Below are positions 9,641 through 18,664 of a stretch of DNA of 64,000 bases, piece by piece; positions within the stretch are counted from its first letter, which is position 1; every line of letters begins with the position of its first letter. Position numbers and translations under genes: made by a program. Origin of the DNA: Oscillospiraceae bacterium (lineage in GTDB: Bacteria > Bacillota > Clostridia > Oscillospirales > CAG-272); NCBI GenBank assembly GCA_015063695.1, contig SVTQ01000005.1, positions 5,572 to 69,571 on the forward strand, given 5' to 3'. Under the pieces are notes generated by a model that saw only the letters and a list, made by a program, of their open reading frames with translations, ran no database searches and had not been told where the DNA came from.

Positions 9641-9778
9641 AAGAGAACCCCAAGCCGTCTTACGACAGCTTGAGGACCCCTTTCCCAAGAGAACCCCAAG
9701 CCGACTTACGACAACTTGAGGACCCCTTGCCCAAGAGAACCCCAAGTCGTCTTGCGACAACTTGAGGACCCCTTGCCC
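9641..9778. repeat. tandem repeat, 3 x 46 nt, each unit a 12-bp hairpin
   Basis: Units begin at 9641, 9687 and 9733 (aagagaaccccaag[c/t]cg[t/a]ctt[a/g]cgaca[g/a]cttgaggacccctt[t/g]ccc). They lie between the coaW stop and the shared terminator. Confidence 0.9.
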
Positions 9779-9781
9779 AAC

Positions 9782-9821
9782 AAAAAAGGCGGAAGCAATT
9801 TTAAAACTTCCGTCTTTTTTT
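9782..9821. terminator. bidirectional rho-independent terminator (coaW / ABC exporter)
   Basis: AAAAAA-GGCGGAAG-11 nt-CTTCCGTC-TTTTTTT between convergent genes. Confidence 0.75.
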
Positions 9822-9825
9822 GATG

Positions 9826-11538
9826 TTATGTCCGAACCGAAATATTCCAGAGCTCCGAATAAATACCGCCTGATGCAAGAAGCTCGGCGTGAGTTCCGCG
9901 CTCTTCTATACCGCGGTCGGTAATTACGAGTATTTCATCTGCGTTCTTAACGGTTGTAAGTCTGTGGGCAACAACTATGGTCGTTCTGCCTTTGCAAAGC
10001 TCTTCGAGGCTGTTCTGAATAAGAACTTCCGTTGCGTTATCAAGGGCACTTGTTGCCTCGTCAAGAATAAGAATGGGAGGGTTCTTAAGGAATACTCTCG
10101 CAATGGATACCCTCTGCTTCTGACCGCCCGAAAGCTTGATGCCCCGTTCACCTACAAGCGTATCGTATCCGTCGGGAAGGGTCATGATATAATCGTGAAT
10201 ATTGGCAAGCTTTGCCGCTCTTTCAACTTCTTCTCGGGATGCGCCCACAGAACCGTAGGCAATATTATCGTAAATGGTGGAATCGAAGAGGAACACGTCC
10301 TGCGACACGATACCGATGCTACGGCGCAGAGATGCTCTTGTCACAGAGGTAATATCCTTGCCGTCAATCTCAATACTTCCCTTTTCCACTTCGTAAAATC
10401 TTGGGATAAGGTTACAGATAGTAGTCTTCCCGCCGCCGGAAGGACCTACGAGAGCAAGTGTCTTTCCTTTTTTGAGGGTAAATGAAAGTCCGTCGAGAAC
10501 AGTTTTACTGTCGGTATAGGAGAAGGATACGTCTTTGAATTCAACGGTTCCTTCAACCCCTCCCATATCAACTGCCCCTTCACTGTCCTCTTCGGGCTTT
10601 GTATCCATTATTTCAACGAATCGTTTAAAGCCGGTCATACCGTCCTGAAACATTTCCATGAAGCTGACAAGTCTTCTTATGGGATTTGTGAATATGCTGA
10701 TATAGAGAATGAAAGCCGTGAAGTCTGCAAGGGTGATCTTATCAAACATGAAAAAGAGACCGCCTGCAACGTACATGGCAAGCATAAGGAAGTCAGTAAT
10801 AAAAGAATTTCCCGAATGAAATTCCGCCATGGCTTTATATGCTTTTCTTCTTGCATTCACGAAATTGCCGTTTCCGACTTCAAACTGCTCTGTTTCATAC
10901 TTTTCATTCGTATACGCTTTAGAAACTCTGATGCCTGAAATACTGTTTTCAAGACCTGCGTTTATCTCACCCACTCTTTTTCTGCTTTCGGTGAATGCCG
11001 CGCTCATTTTCTTTCTCTTACCCGAAGAGAAGATTATCATAACGGGAACACCTGCAAATATGATAAGGGTCAGCGGAAGATGAATTCTTGACATTACGAT
11101 GAAAGAACCCACAAGCATTATGATAGAAAGAAAAAGGTCTTCGGGACCGTGGTGGGCAAGCTCGGAAACTTCCATAAGGTCGTTAACGATTCGGGACATT
11201 ATAGTTCCCGTTTTAGCATCGTCAAAATACTTCATAGGAAGCTTCTGAAGATGAGTGAATATATCCCTTCTCATATCTGCTTGCATACCGACTCCCACAA
11301 GGTGACCGTAGTAGGCAACAAAATAGTTGAGCGCAAGCTTCAAAAGATATATACCAAGCATAATGACCGCCCACAGAATAAGGCTTTTTGCCATTTTTGC
11401 AGGGATAAATTCGTTTATCATTTTTCTTGTTATGACGGGATAGACAAGATCGCATACTGCCAGAAACAGCGCCGCCAGAAGGTCAAGAAAGAAGATAAGT
11501 TTATGGGGCTTATAATAATTTATAAATCTTTTAACCAT
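9826..11538 (-). CDS. ABC exporter, fused permease/ATP-binding protein (MsbA/MdlB-like)
   Basis: N-terminal six-TM domain. Walker A GPSGGGKTT, signature LSGGQKQR, Walker B ILILDEATSALD. Confidence 0.9.
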   Translation of the reverse strand: MVKRFINYYKPHKLIFFLDLLAALFLAVCDLVYPVITRKMINEFIPAKMAKSLILWAVIMLGIYLLKLALNYFVAYYGHLVGVGMQADMRRDIFTHLQKLPMKYFDDAKTGTIMSRIVNDLMEVSELAHHGPEDLFLSIIMLVGSFIVMSRIHLPLTLIIFAGVPVMIIFSSGKRKKMSAAFTESRKRVGEINAGLENSISGIRVSKAYTNEKYETEQFEVGNGNFVNARRKAYKAMAEFHSGNSFITDFLMLAMYVAGGLFFMFDKITLADFTAFILYISIFTNPIRRLVSFMEMFQDGMTGFKRFVEIMDTKPEEDSEGAVDMGGVEGTVEFKDVSFSYTDSKTVLDGLSFTLKKGKTLALVGPSGGGKTTICNLIPRFYEVEKGSIEIDGKDITSVTRASLRRSIGIVSQDVFLFDSTIYDNIAYGSVGASREEVERAAKLANIHDYIMTLPDGYDTLVGERGIKLSGGQKQRVSIARVFLKNPPILILDEATSALDNATEVLIQNSLEELCKGRTTIVVAHRLTTVKNADEILVITDRGIEERGTHAELLASGGIYSELWNISVRT

Positions 11539-11650
11539 ATAATACCTCTTCTCACAGATATTATTTTACTAAGTAATTCTGTTTATTTCACAAACATTTT
11601 ATCACAAACGCGACCGTTTTTCAATAGCCGATTTGTTAATTGAGAAGTCA

Positions 11651-11684
11651 AAAAAAGAGCTCCTTCAAATGAAGGAGCTCTTTT
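11651..11684 (-). terminator. rho-independent terminator after the LRR protein gene
   Basis: AAAAAA-GAGCTCCTTC-AAAT-GAAGGAGCTC-TTTT. Confidence 0.7.
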
Positions 11685-11698
11685 AAATCAAGTCTTAA

Positions 11699-13114
11699 TT
11701 ATTTTGCATTAAAGTTAAGTCCGAGGCCGTTTGCATAGTTTTCAGCTGTGGAGCCTGCGAGACCGATAAGTGTGCTTCCTTCGGAAATGGAGAAGCCTTC
11801 ACCCTTTGCGAAGAAATAACCGTATGCGTACTTACCGATAAGAGTTGCCTTGGAAGGAATCTCAAGAGATGTGAGACTTTCGCAACGGCAGAATGCGTAC
11901 TTACCAATGTTGGAAACAGAAGAAGGTACGTTTACGGATGTGAGAGCCTTACATTCATAGAAGCAGTCACTGCCTACAGATGTGAGACCTGCGGGAAGAT
12001 CAATGCTCTTGAGAGAAGAACAACGGTAGAAGATACCCTTACCGAGGGATGTGAGTGTGGAAGGAAGGTCGATGGACTCAAGTCCTGTGCACTCATAGAA
12101 CATATAGTTTGTAAGAGTTGTGATACCTTCGGGAATAGCAATCGTCTTGAGAGAAGAACATCTGCCGAAAGCTCTGGAAGCGAGCTTTGTTACAGCTGCG
12201 GGGATATCAAGAGCCTTGAGCGCGTAGCACTGATAGAAGGCTTCCTTTTCAATAGTTTCTATCGTAGAAGGAAGTTCGATGGTTTCGATGGATTCGCAAC
12301 CGTAGAAGAGACCTTCGTTTACTACGTCGATACCTTCGGGAATTGCAATGGCTTTGAGAGCCTTGCAGTACTTGAATGCGTTTTCGCCGATGTAGTTAAC
12401 TGTTGCGGGAATATCGAAATGGTCGATAAGGATACATCTTCTGAATGCGTTTGCACCGATGTGTTCAAGGCTTGCGGGAAGTTCAAAGTTTACGAGCTTG
12501 GGGTTATTGGAGAACGCAAATTCACCGATGGACGTAACTGCATCGTTCATATGAACGGTTGTAAGCTCGGGCATACATTCAAATGCGCTGTCACCGATAA
12601 CCGTCATGCCTTCAGGAATTGTGAGTTCTGTAATCGCAGAGTACATGAACGCATACTTTCCTACTGTCTTTACAGAGGAAGGAATATCAAGGTCAGAAAC
12701 CTGAGAGTCTCTGAAAGCTTCCTTACCGATATGCTCGACAGAATCGGGAATATTCATTTCATCTGCGTTCTTGAGAAGCGCGAATGCATAGTCGGGAATA
12801 GACTTGATTCCGTCTTCAACTTCGAGAACCATTATGTAATCGTAAACTGCGCTTGTTACGCAACTGATCCAGGGAAGTTCAAGTGCAGAGCCGTATTCGG
12901 GAAGGATACCGTCAGCTTCGCCTTCATAATCGGGATTGAAACCGATAGAAAGCGTGTTCTCTGTAATTCCGCCCCAGCCCTTGGTGTAGTCCCATTTGTA
13001 ATAATACTCATCATTGGGACCAAACGTGCCGTCAACAACCTTTGCAGAAACAGCAAAAGGAAGAACGGATACGAGCATTACCGCACAAAGGATAATAGCT
13101 AAAAGTTTTTTCAT
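11699..13114 (-). CDS. secreted leucine-rich-repeat protein (BspA-like LRR_5)
   Basis: Signal peptide MKKLLAIILCAVMLVSVLPFAVSA. At least 12 tandem ~23-aa units of the form IP.SV..IG..AF..C..L. Confidence 0.8.
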   Translation of the reverse strand: MKKLLAIILCAVMLVSVLPFAVSAKVVDGTFGPNDEYYYKWDYTKGWGGITENTLSIGFNPDYEGEADGILPEYGSALELPWISCVTSAVYDYIMVLEVEDGIKSIPDYAFALLKNADEMNIPDSVEHIGKEAFRDSQVSDLDIPSSVKTVGKYAFMYSAITELTIPEGMTVIGDSAFECMPELTTVHMNDAVTSIGEFAFSNNPKLVNFELPASLEHIGANAFRRCILIDHFDIPATVNYIGENAFKYCKALKAIAIPEGIDVVNEGLFYGCESIETIELPSTIETIEKEAFYQCYALKALDIPAAVTKLASRAFGRCSSLKTIAIPEGITTLTNYMFYECTGLESIDLPSTLTSLGKGIFYRCSSLKSIDLPAGLTSVGSDCFYECKALTSVNVPSSVSNIGKYAFCRCESLTSLEIPSKATLIGKYAYGYFFAKGEGFSISEGSTLIGLAGSTAENYANGLGLNFNAK

Positions 13115-13241
13115 GAGGATATACCCCTTTCAATATTTGCGTATTATAATCTAAACTAATTATAAAGGTTTCCCGTCATTTTGTCAATATCAAAACCAAA
13201 AGATTTGAAAAATTCAAGATTTATTCAAACTCAAACTCAAC

Positions 13242-13267
13242 AAAAAACCTCCCGAAGGAGGTCTTTT
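13242..13267 (-). terminator. rho-independent terminator after ftsZ
   Basis: Minus strand: GACCTCC-TTCG-GGAGGT followed by TTTTTTG. Confidence 0.75.
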
Positions 13268-13302
13268 GCCGACAAGTATTTTGAAAAATTTAATATTTTA
13301 AA

Positions 13303-14520
13303 TTAATATCTGCGGCCGTAATCGGGCATACCGCCGTAAAGTCCTCCGCCTGTGTAACCATTGTTTCCGTTATTCATACCGTTACCGTATGCGGGAGCAG
13401 CAGGAGCAGGTTCTTCTCTGTCCTTCTTGAGCATTCCCATAAGCTCAGCGAAATCGGGATCTTCGTCTTCGCTGTCATCTTCATCATCGTCATCTTCGAT
13501 AACGGACTTCTTAACGGGAGCCTTTACGGGTTCGGCCTTTGCTTTCTTAGCTTCTTCTTCAGCTTTGTTTTCAAAGCCGGTTGCGATGATGGTGATATCC
13601 ATCTGGTCTTCAAGTGTAGGATCGAATACAACACCCCAGATAACGTTTGCGTCTTCATGAGCTTCGGAAGCTATCATGTTGGATGCAAGGTCAACTTCAT
13701 CAATTCCGATATCGGGAGAAGCTGTGATGCTGATAAGGATACCCTTGGCACCGGAAATGGAAGTTTCGAGAAGGGGACTGGAGATAGCCGCCTTAGCTGC
13801 AAGCTCTGCCTTGTCCTTGCCTGTTGCAGAACCGATACCCATGTGAGCATAGCCTGCATCCTTCATTACTGCTGTTACGTCAGCAAAGTCAAGGTTGATG
13901 TATCCGGGAATATTGATAAGCTCGGAGATGCTCTGAACACCGTGCTTAAGTACGTCGTCAGCCGCTTCGAAAGCGTTCATCATTGTAATGGGTCTTTCGG
14001 AAACCTGCTTAAGTCTTTCATTGGGAATGATAACAAGAGAATCAACGTATTCTCTGAGGTTTGCGATACCTGCCTCAGCCTGAGTCATTCTTCTCTTACC
14101 CTCGAATGCGAAAGGCTTTGTTACGATACCTACTGTAAGGATGTTCATCTCACGCGCAATTCTCGCAACTACGGGAGCCGCACCTGTGCCTGTACCGCCG
14201 CCCATGCCTGCTGTAAGGAATATCATGTCAGCGCCTGCGATAGCATTCTTAATTTCGTCAATGCTTTCTTCCGCACTCTGAGCACCGATCTCGGGGTTAG
14301 CGCCTGCACCGTGACCCTTTGTGATCTTTTCACCGATCGGAATCTTGTTTGACGCATTGGAATGAACAAGGGGCATCTTATCAGTGTTGATCACGATAAA
14401 GTCAACACCTCTTACGTTAGATGCGATCATGTGGTTTACAGCATTTCCGCCGCCACCGCCGACACCGATAACTTTTATATTTACGCCACTGGAAATGTTA
14501 TCATCAAGTTCAAATGCCAT
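13303..14520 (-). CDS. ftsZ: cell division protein FtsZ
   Basis: GVGGGGGNAVNHM and GGGTGTGAAPV tubulin signature. An acidic linker, then a DPDFAELMGML C-terminal peptide, followed by an unusual ~40-aa Gly/Asn/Tyr tail. Confidence 0.97.
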   Translation of the reverse strand: MAFELDDNISSGVNIKVIGVGGGGGNAVNHMIASNVRGVDFIVINTDKMPLVHSNASNKIPIGEKITKGHGAGANPEIGAQSAEESIDEIKNAIAGADMIFLTAGMGGGTGTGAAPVVARIAREMNILTVGIVTKPFAFEGKRRMTQAEAGIANLREYVDSLVIIPNERLKQVSERPITMMNAFEAADDVLKHGVQSISELINIPGYINLDFADVTAVMKDAGYAHMGIGSATGKDKAELAAKAAISSPLLETSISGAKGILISITASPDIGIDEVDLASNMIASEAHEDANVIWGVVFDPTLEDQMDITIIATGFENKAEEEAKKAKAEPVKAPVKKSVIEDDDDEDDSEDEDPDFAELMGMLKKDREEPAPAAPAYGNGMNNGNNGYTGGGLYGGMPDYGRRY

Positions 14521-14878
14521 TTTAATTTCCTCCGTTTACTTTTACTCGTATTATTTTTACGCCGTGTTCCGCCTTCTCAAAGACGGATTTCGGGGATATC
14601 TGCTTTCTCTGAGCCCGAAAAACAACACTACACAATATATAATATACTTTTTTTATTATATTTGCAATAGGTATAAACAAATTTTTTTGATAATTTTCAG
14701 TAAAATTCAAGTTTATTTAATATTATATGCTTATTTTTGACATTTAATGGTAAAAATGCGGGATTTTCAGACTATTTTACACAAATGCCTTTTTAGACGG
14801 CCGTTAAAACCTTTTATTTTACTCAAATGACTAAATCATTCTTATAGTATAGAGAGTCATTTCCTCATCAATATATTG

Positions 14879-14919
14879 AAAAAAAGAACCCCGGCGTTAA
14901 ATTAACGCTTTCGGGGTCC
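14879..14919 (-). terminator. rho-independent terminator after ftsQ
   Basis: Minus strand: GGACCCCG-AAA-GCGTTAA...TTAACGC-CGGGGTTC followed by TTTTTTT. Confidence 0.7.
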
Positions 14920-14964
14920 TTCTTCGCAGAGCCGCATCAAAAATCCTTCATATTAATATTATAT

Positions 14965-16020
14965 TCAGTCGAGCTCAAGCTGATTATCGATGATAACACT
15001 TGTCTTTGCCGTATCGGCAAGGTCGATTATCGCCTTGTTTTCCGGATTGAAGATAGGATCTTCAAGAATGGCTTCCGCAAGCTTGAGTTTTACACCCAAG
15101 TCATCCTGAGAACCGAAATCAAGCTTATATCTGCCGAGGGCGACCATAACGGTTTTGAAATCGTCTGTCATGTCAATGGAAGTAAGCTTTCCTTTGAGAG
15201 GTGATTTTTCTATGAGAGATGCGGTATTTTCAAGATATCTCTGTGCTCTTGAAGAGGCAAGCTCGATTACAGAACCCGATACAGCGTAAGACACGTCTTG
15301 AAGCTTAAGCTTAATGAGTCCTGCCTCTTTTGCGGTATCCGCATCGGTTCTGCTCATTATGCGAAGTGAAGATGAGAGAGTGAACACTTCGCCGTGAATT
15401 TCCGCATAGAATGCGGGAATCTCTTCCTCCACGTTTATGAATACCTTATCGGGAATACGGCGTTCAAAATCCGCATTCTTTATTCCGGGGCAGTAGAAAT
15501 AAATTCTGTCAGCCGCTTCTCTTGAGCTGAAGGAGAACAGATTTTCCTTTTCGTCAAGTCCGCAGGCACTTATAATATCCTCTGCGCTGTACGTGGAATT
15601 TCCTTCAATTATTATATTATTTGCCACGAAGAACAGCTTGTACACCGCAGTGAAAAGAATTACTACTGCAAAAAAGATTGCCGCCGTATTAATAAGCGCC
15701 GTTTTTATCTTCTGGGCTCTGACGTTCTTTCTGACAGCCGCTTTCCATTCTCTTCTGCGCCTGTCATACTCACGCTTGAACTGCGCTCTTCGGCCTGCTT
15801 TTGTGTGGTCGAAATAGTCGCTGCGTATACGCACGGGAGTTGTATTGATAACCTTGGTCTGTGTACGCTCGGTCTTTACGCTCTGCTTGTAGGAGGAATT
15901 ATTCCAACTGCTGTTGCCCTTGGAATATCCCTCTTTTCGGCGTCTTGGGTTTTCGGGGCGTGAAGCTCTGCCCGTTTTTGCGTTATTCTGTTTATAAGGC
16001 ACAACTTCACCTTCCTTCAT
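14965..16020 (-). CDS. ftsQ: cell division protein FtsQ/DivIB-like
   Basis: Position between murG and ftsZ. A single TM segment (AAIFFAVVILFTAVYKLFFV) is followed by a POTRA-like extracellular domain. It has a ~100-aa basic N-terminal tail. Confidence 0.75.
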   Translation of the reverse strand: MKEGEVVPYKQNNAKTGRASRPENPRRRKEGYSKGNSSWNNSSYKQSVKTERTQTKVINTTPVRIRSDYFDHTKAGRRAQFKREYDRRRREWKAAVRKNVRAQKIKTALINTAAIFFAVVILFTAVYKLFFVANNIIIEGNSTYSAEDIISACGLDEKENLFSFSSREAADRIYFYCPGIKNADFERRIPDKVFINVEEEIPAFYAEIHGEVFTLSSSLRIMSRTDADTAKEAGLIKLKLQDVSYAVSGSVIELASSRAQRYLENTASLIEKSPLKGKLTSIDMTDDFKTVMVALGRYKLDFGSQDDLGVKLKLAEAILEDPIFNPENKAIIDLADTAKTSVIIDNQLELD

Positions 16021-16042
16021 TAATTATATAATAGTATATGCT

Positions 16043-17176
16043 TTATTTCTTTTTCTTCTCGATTATGTCAAGTATGTCATTAAAAATGAGCTTGTTTGCA
16101 TCCTTTACGGAGAACGCTCCGATCTTTTCAGACATTTCGGTCCTTACTGCATCGCCCTTTTCACAAAGAAGCTCTTCGATCTTTCTTTCAAGGCGGTCAT
16201 CGGTAAGCTCTTTTTCCTCAAACACAACTGCCGCGCCTGCATCAGCCAATACCTTTGCGTTTTTATACTGATGGTTGTCGGTCACGTTAGGAGAAGGGAT
16301 GAACACAGCGCACTTTCCGCTCATGGAAAGCTCGGAAACTGTCATAGCACCCGCTCTGCAGATAATAAGGTCTGCCGCCGCCATCTGCACGGGCATATCG
16401 TAGATATATTCAACAAGCTTTATATTTTCACACTTGTCAAGACCTGCTTCTTTGAACATGGCAGTTGCAGTTTCGTGCTCAATGGAGCCTGTGGCGTGAA
16501 GGTGATAAACCTCGGGGTGCTTCGAAGTAAATTCCTTCATAAGTCTTATCACCGCTTCATTTACCTTCTGAGCACCGAGACTTCCGCCGTAGGAGAGAAG
16601 GAAGTATTTACAACCTTCGGGAATTGCCGCTTTCTTCTTTGCTTCCTCAAGAGATACTCCGGAGAAGGGAGCAAGAAGGGGATTTCCAACGTGGAGAAGC
16701 TTTTCCTTGCAGGAGAGGTTTTCCCCTGCCTTTTCAAAGTTAAGGTATATTCTGTCAACCTTTGAAGCCAGCATCTTTACTGCAACGCCGGGGATGGCGT
16801 TGGATTCATGAAGCACCGTAGGTATACCTCTGTCCGCCGCAGCTTTGATAACGGGCCAGCAAACGTATCCTCCCGTACCGATAACGATATCGGGCTTAAA
16901 GGAGGCAATAAGCTTCCCTGCCTTGGCAGGAGAGGTGAGAACGTAATATGCGGTTTTGAGGTTGGAAAGAGACAGACTTCTGCGAAGGCCTCTGATCTCT
17001 ACGTGGTGAAGCTTATATCCTGCTCTCGGAACAAGCTTGTTTTCAATTCCTCTTGACGTTCCCACGTATTCGATAACACTGCCTTCAACATTCTGTTTTA
17101 TTGTATTTGCAATGGCAAGGGCAGGATTTACGTGTCCGCCTGTACCGCCGCCTGTCATAAGAACTCTGAGTCCCAT
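16043..17176 (-). CDS. murG: UDP-N-acetylglucosamine--N-acetylmuramyl-(pentapeptide) pyrophosphoryl-undecaprenol GlcNAc transferase
   Basis: MTGGGTGGHVNPALA N-terminal motif, GT28 family layout, dcw context. Confidence 0.95.
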   Translation of the reverse strand: MGLRVLMTGGGTGGHVNPALAIANTIKQNVEGSVIEYVGTSRGIENKLVPRAGYKLHHVEIRGLRRSLSLSNLKTAYYVLTSPAKAGKLIASFKPDIVIGTGGYVCWPVIKAAADRGIPTVLHESNAIPGVAVKMLASKVDRIYLNFEKAGENLSCKEKLLHVGNPLLAPFSGVSLEEAKKKAAIPEGCKYFLLSYGGSLGAQKVNEAVIRLMKEFTSKHPEVYHLHATGSIEHETATAMFKEAGLDKCENIKLVEYIYDMPVQMAAADLIICRAGAMTVSELSMSGKCAVFIPSPNVTDNHQYKNAKVLADAGAAVVFEEKELTDDRLERKIEELLCEKGDAVRTEMSEKIGAFSVKDANKLIFNDILDIIEKKKK

Positions 17177-17224
17177 AATGTTCTCCCAAATTTTATATTA
17201 CTGTTTTTATCTTTATCTCGGATA

Positions 17225-18613
17225 TCAAGTCTGTTTTTCGTAAGAACGCCTTGAGACCGAGAGCACGATTCCCATTTCCGTCAGAAGAACAATAAGCGAG
17301 CTTCCGCCGTAGGAAAGGAAAGGAAGGGATATACCCGTATTCATAAAATTATCCGTTACAACAAGAAGATTGAGTATCACCTGAAGTCCTACCTGAGTCA
17401 TTATACCGAATACCATAAGGGACGAAAAAGTATCGGGTGCTTTAAGAGCGATCTTATAGCCTCTGAGAAGCAGTGCCATGAAAAGCACGATTACAAGAAC
17501 TGCGCCCACAAATCCCATTTCCTCGCACCAGATGGTGAAGATAAAGTCGTTCTGAGCTTCGGAAACGTAGCTGTTTTTCTGTCTGCTCTGCCCAAGCCCT
17601 ATGCCGAGAAATCCTCCCGAGCCAATGGCGAGCGAGCCTTGGTAGGTCTGCCAGTTTTCGTCAAGGTTGTCTGCATTTGCATCAAAGAAGGTCTTGATTC
17701 TTCTCAGCGCATAAGGGTTCATAATAAGGTAGAAGACACCGCCGAGAGAACCTATGACCGAATAATACGCCGCGGTCATCCATACGGGTGCACCGCCGAG
17801 GAACATTACGACGATACCGATGGCAACAACTATAAAAAGACCCGAAAGGTGCTTTTCAAGGGCAATAAGTCCTGCATAGAACAGAACGAACACGCTGGGC
17901 CACATGACACCGTAGAAGAACTTTTCTTTTCTTTCCGTTGTGTCTTTGAAAAGATGACCGTATTTTTCACAGTACCACGCAAGTATTACGGGCAGTGAGA
18001 ATTTTGCAAGCTCCGACGGCTGAAGTCTAAGGGAGCCCGTTATTTTTATCCATCTCTGAGCGCCGCCGCTCTCGGTGCCTATAATAAGCACCAGAAGAAG
18101 CAGCACTGCCACAAGCCCGTATATTACAAAAGAAAGCTTTCTTATGTATCTTGAAGGAACAAGTATGGCAACTCCCATACATGCGGCGCCGAATGCTACC
18201 CAGACAAGCTGTTTTCCCGCATAATAGAAGCCGTTTTCACCTTCGTTTATTGCAGTGGGATAGCTGGCACTGTAAACCATTATTATACCTATACTTATGA
18301 TTACAAGAAGAAGAACGAGGAAAACCGTATCGGGGCCGCCCTTTACTCGGGTGATACCCTTTGACCATTCTCTGTCCTTTATTTTACTCTGCAGAGCCAT
18401 CTCTTCGCGGACAGTGAGTCCCGACTGCTTCTGAGGGCTTCTTCCCGAAGCGGTCAATCTTTCGCCTCTCTCGTGCTGACGTCTCGCCGCTTCATGGGCG
18501 TTTTTACTGACGTAAGTCCTTCCACTGCCCTTGGCCGAAGGCTCACCGTGCACAATGCCTGCGTTTCCGCTTCTTCCGCTGTGGGCAGCTCTGTGTCCGT
18601 TTTTTTCGCTCAT
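17225..18613 (-). CDS. ftsW: SEDS family lipid II flippase/polymerase FtsW (SpoVE-like)
   Basis: SEAQNDFIF and PFLSYGGSS motifs, about 10 TM segments, dcw context. Start moved to ATG 18613 (AAAGGAG RBS). It has a ~95-aa basic N-terminal tail. Confidence 0.9.
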   Translation of the reverse strand: MSEKNGHRAAHSGRSGNAGIVHGEPSAKGSGRTYVSKNAHEAARRQHERGERLTASGRSPQKQSGLTVREEMALQSKIKDREWSKGITRVKGGPDTVFLVLLLVIISIGIIMVYSASYPTAINEGENGFYYAGKQLVWVAFGAACMGVAILVPSRYIRKLSFVIYGLVAVLLLLVLIIGTESGGAQRWIKITGSLRLQPSELAKFSLPVILAWYCEKYGHLFKDTTERKEKFFYGVMWPSVFVLFYAGLIALEKHLSGLFIVVAIGIVVMFLGGAPVWMTAAYYSVIGSLGGVFYLIMNPYALRRIKTFFDANADNLDENWQTYQGSLAIGSGGFLGIGLGQSRQKNSYVSEAQNDFIFTIWCEEMGFVGAVLVIVLFMALLLRGYKIALKAPDTFSSLMVFGIMTQVGLQVILNLLVVTDNFMNTGISLPFLSYGGSSLIVLLTEMGIVLSVSRRSYEKQT

Positions 18614-18664
18614 GGGAACTCCTTTCAATTTAAACTTTTAAGGAAAGCCGTTTTGGAAAAATCT

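Noticed and set aside
9641-9778. Possible CRISPR array.
   Set aside because: The 46-nt units are directly abutting with no spacers. There are only three copies and no cas genes. It is reported as a tandem hairpin repeat instead.
14522-14710. 62-aa minus-strand ORF ending immediately before the ftsZ start. This could have been a small upstream division gene.
   Set aside because: It is AT-rich with atypical composition. It reads through the ftsZ RBS (GGAGGA gives ...NGGN stop). It has no RBS of its own and is most likely leader sequence.
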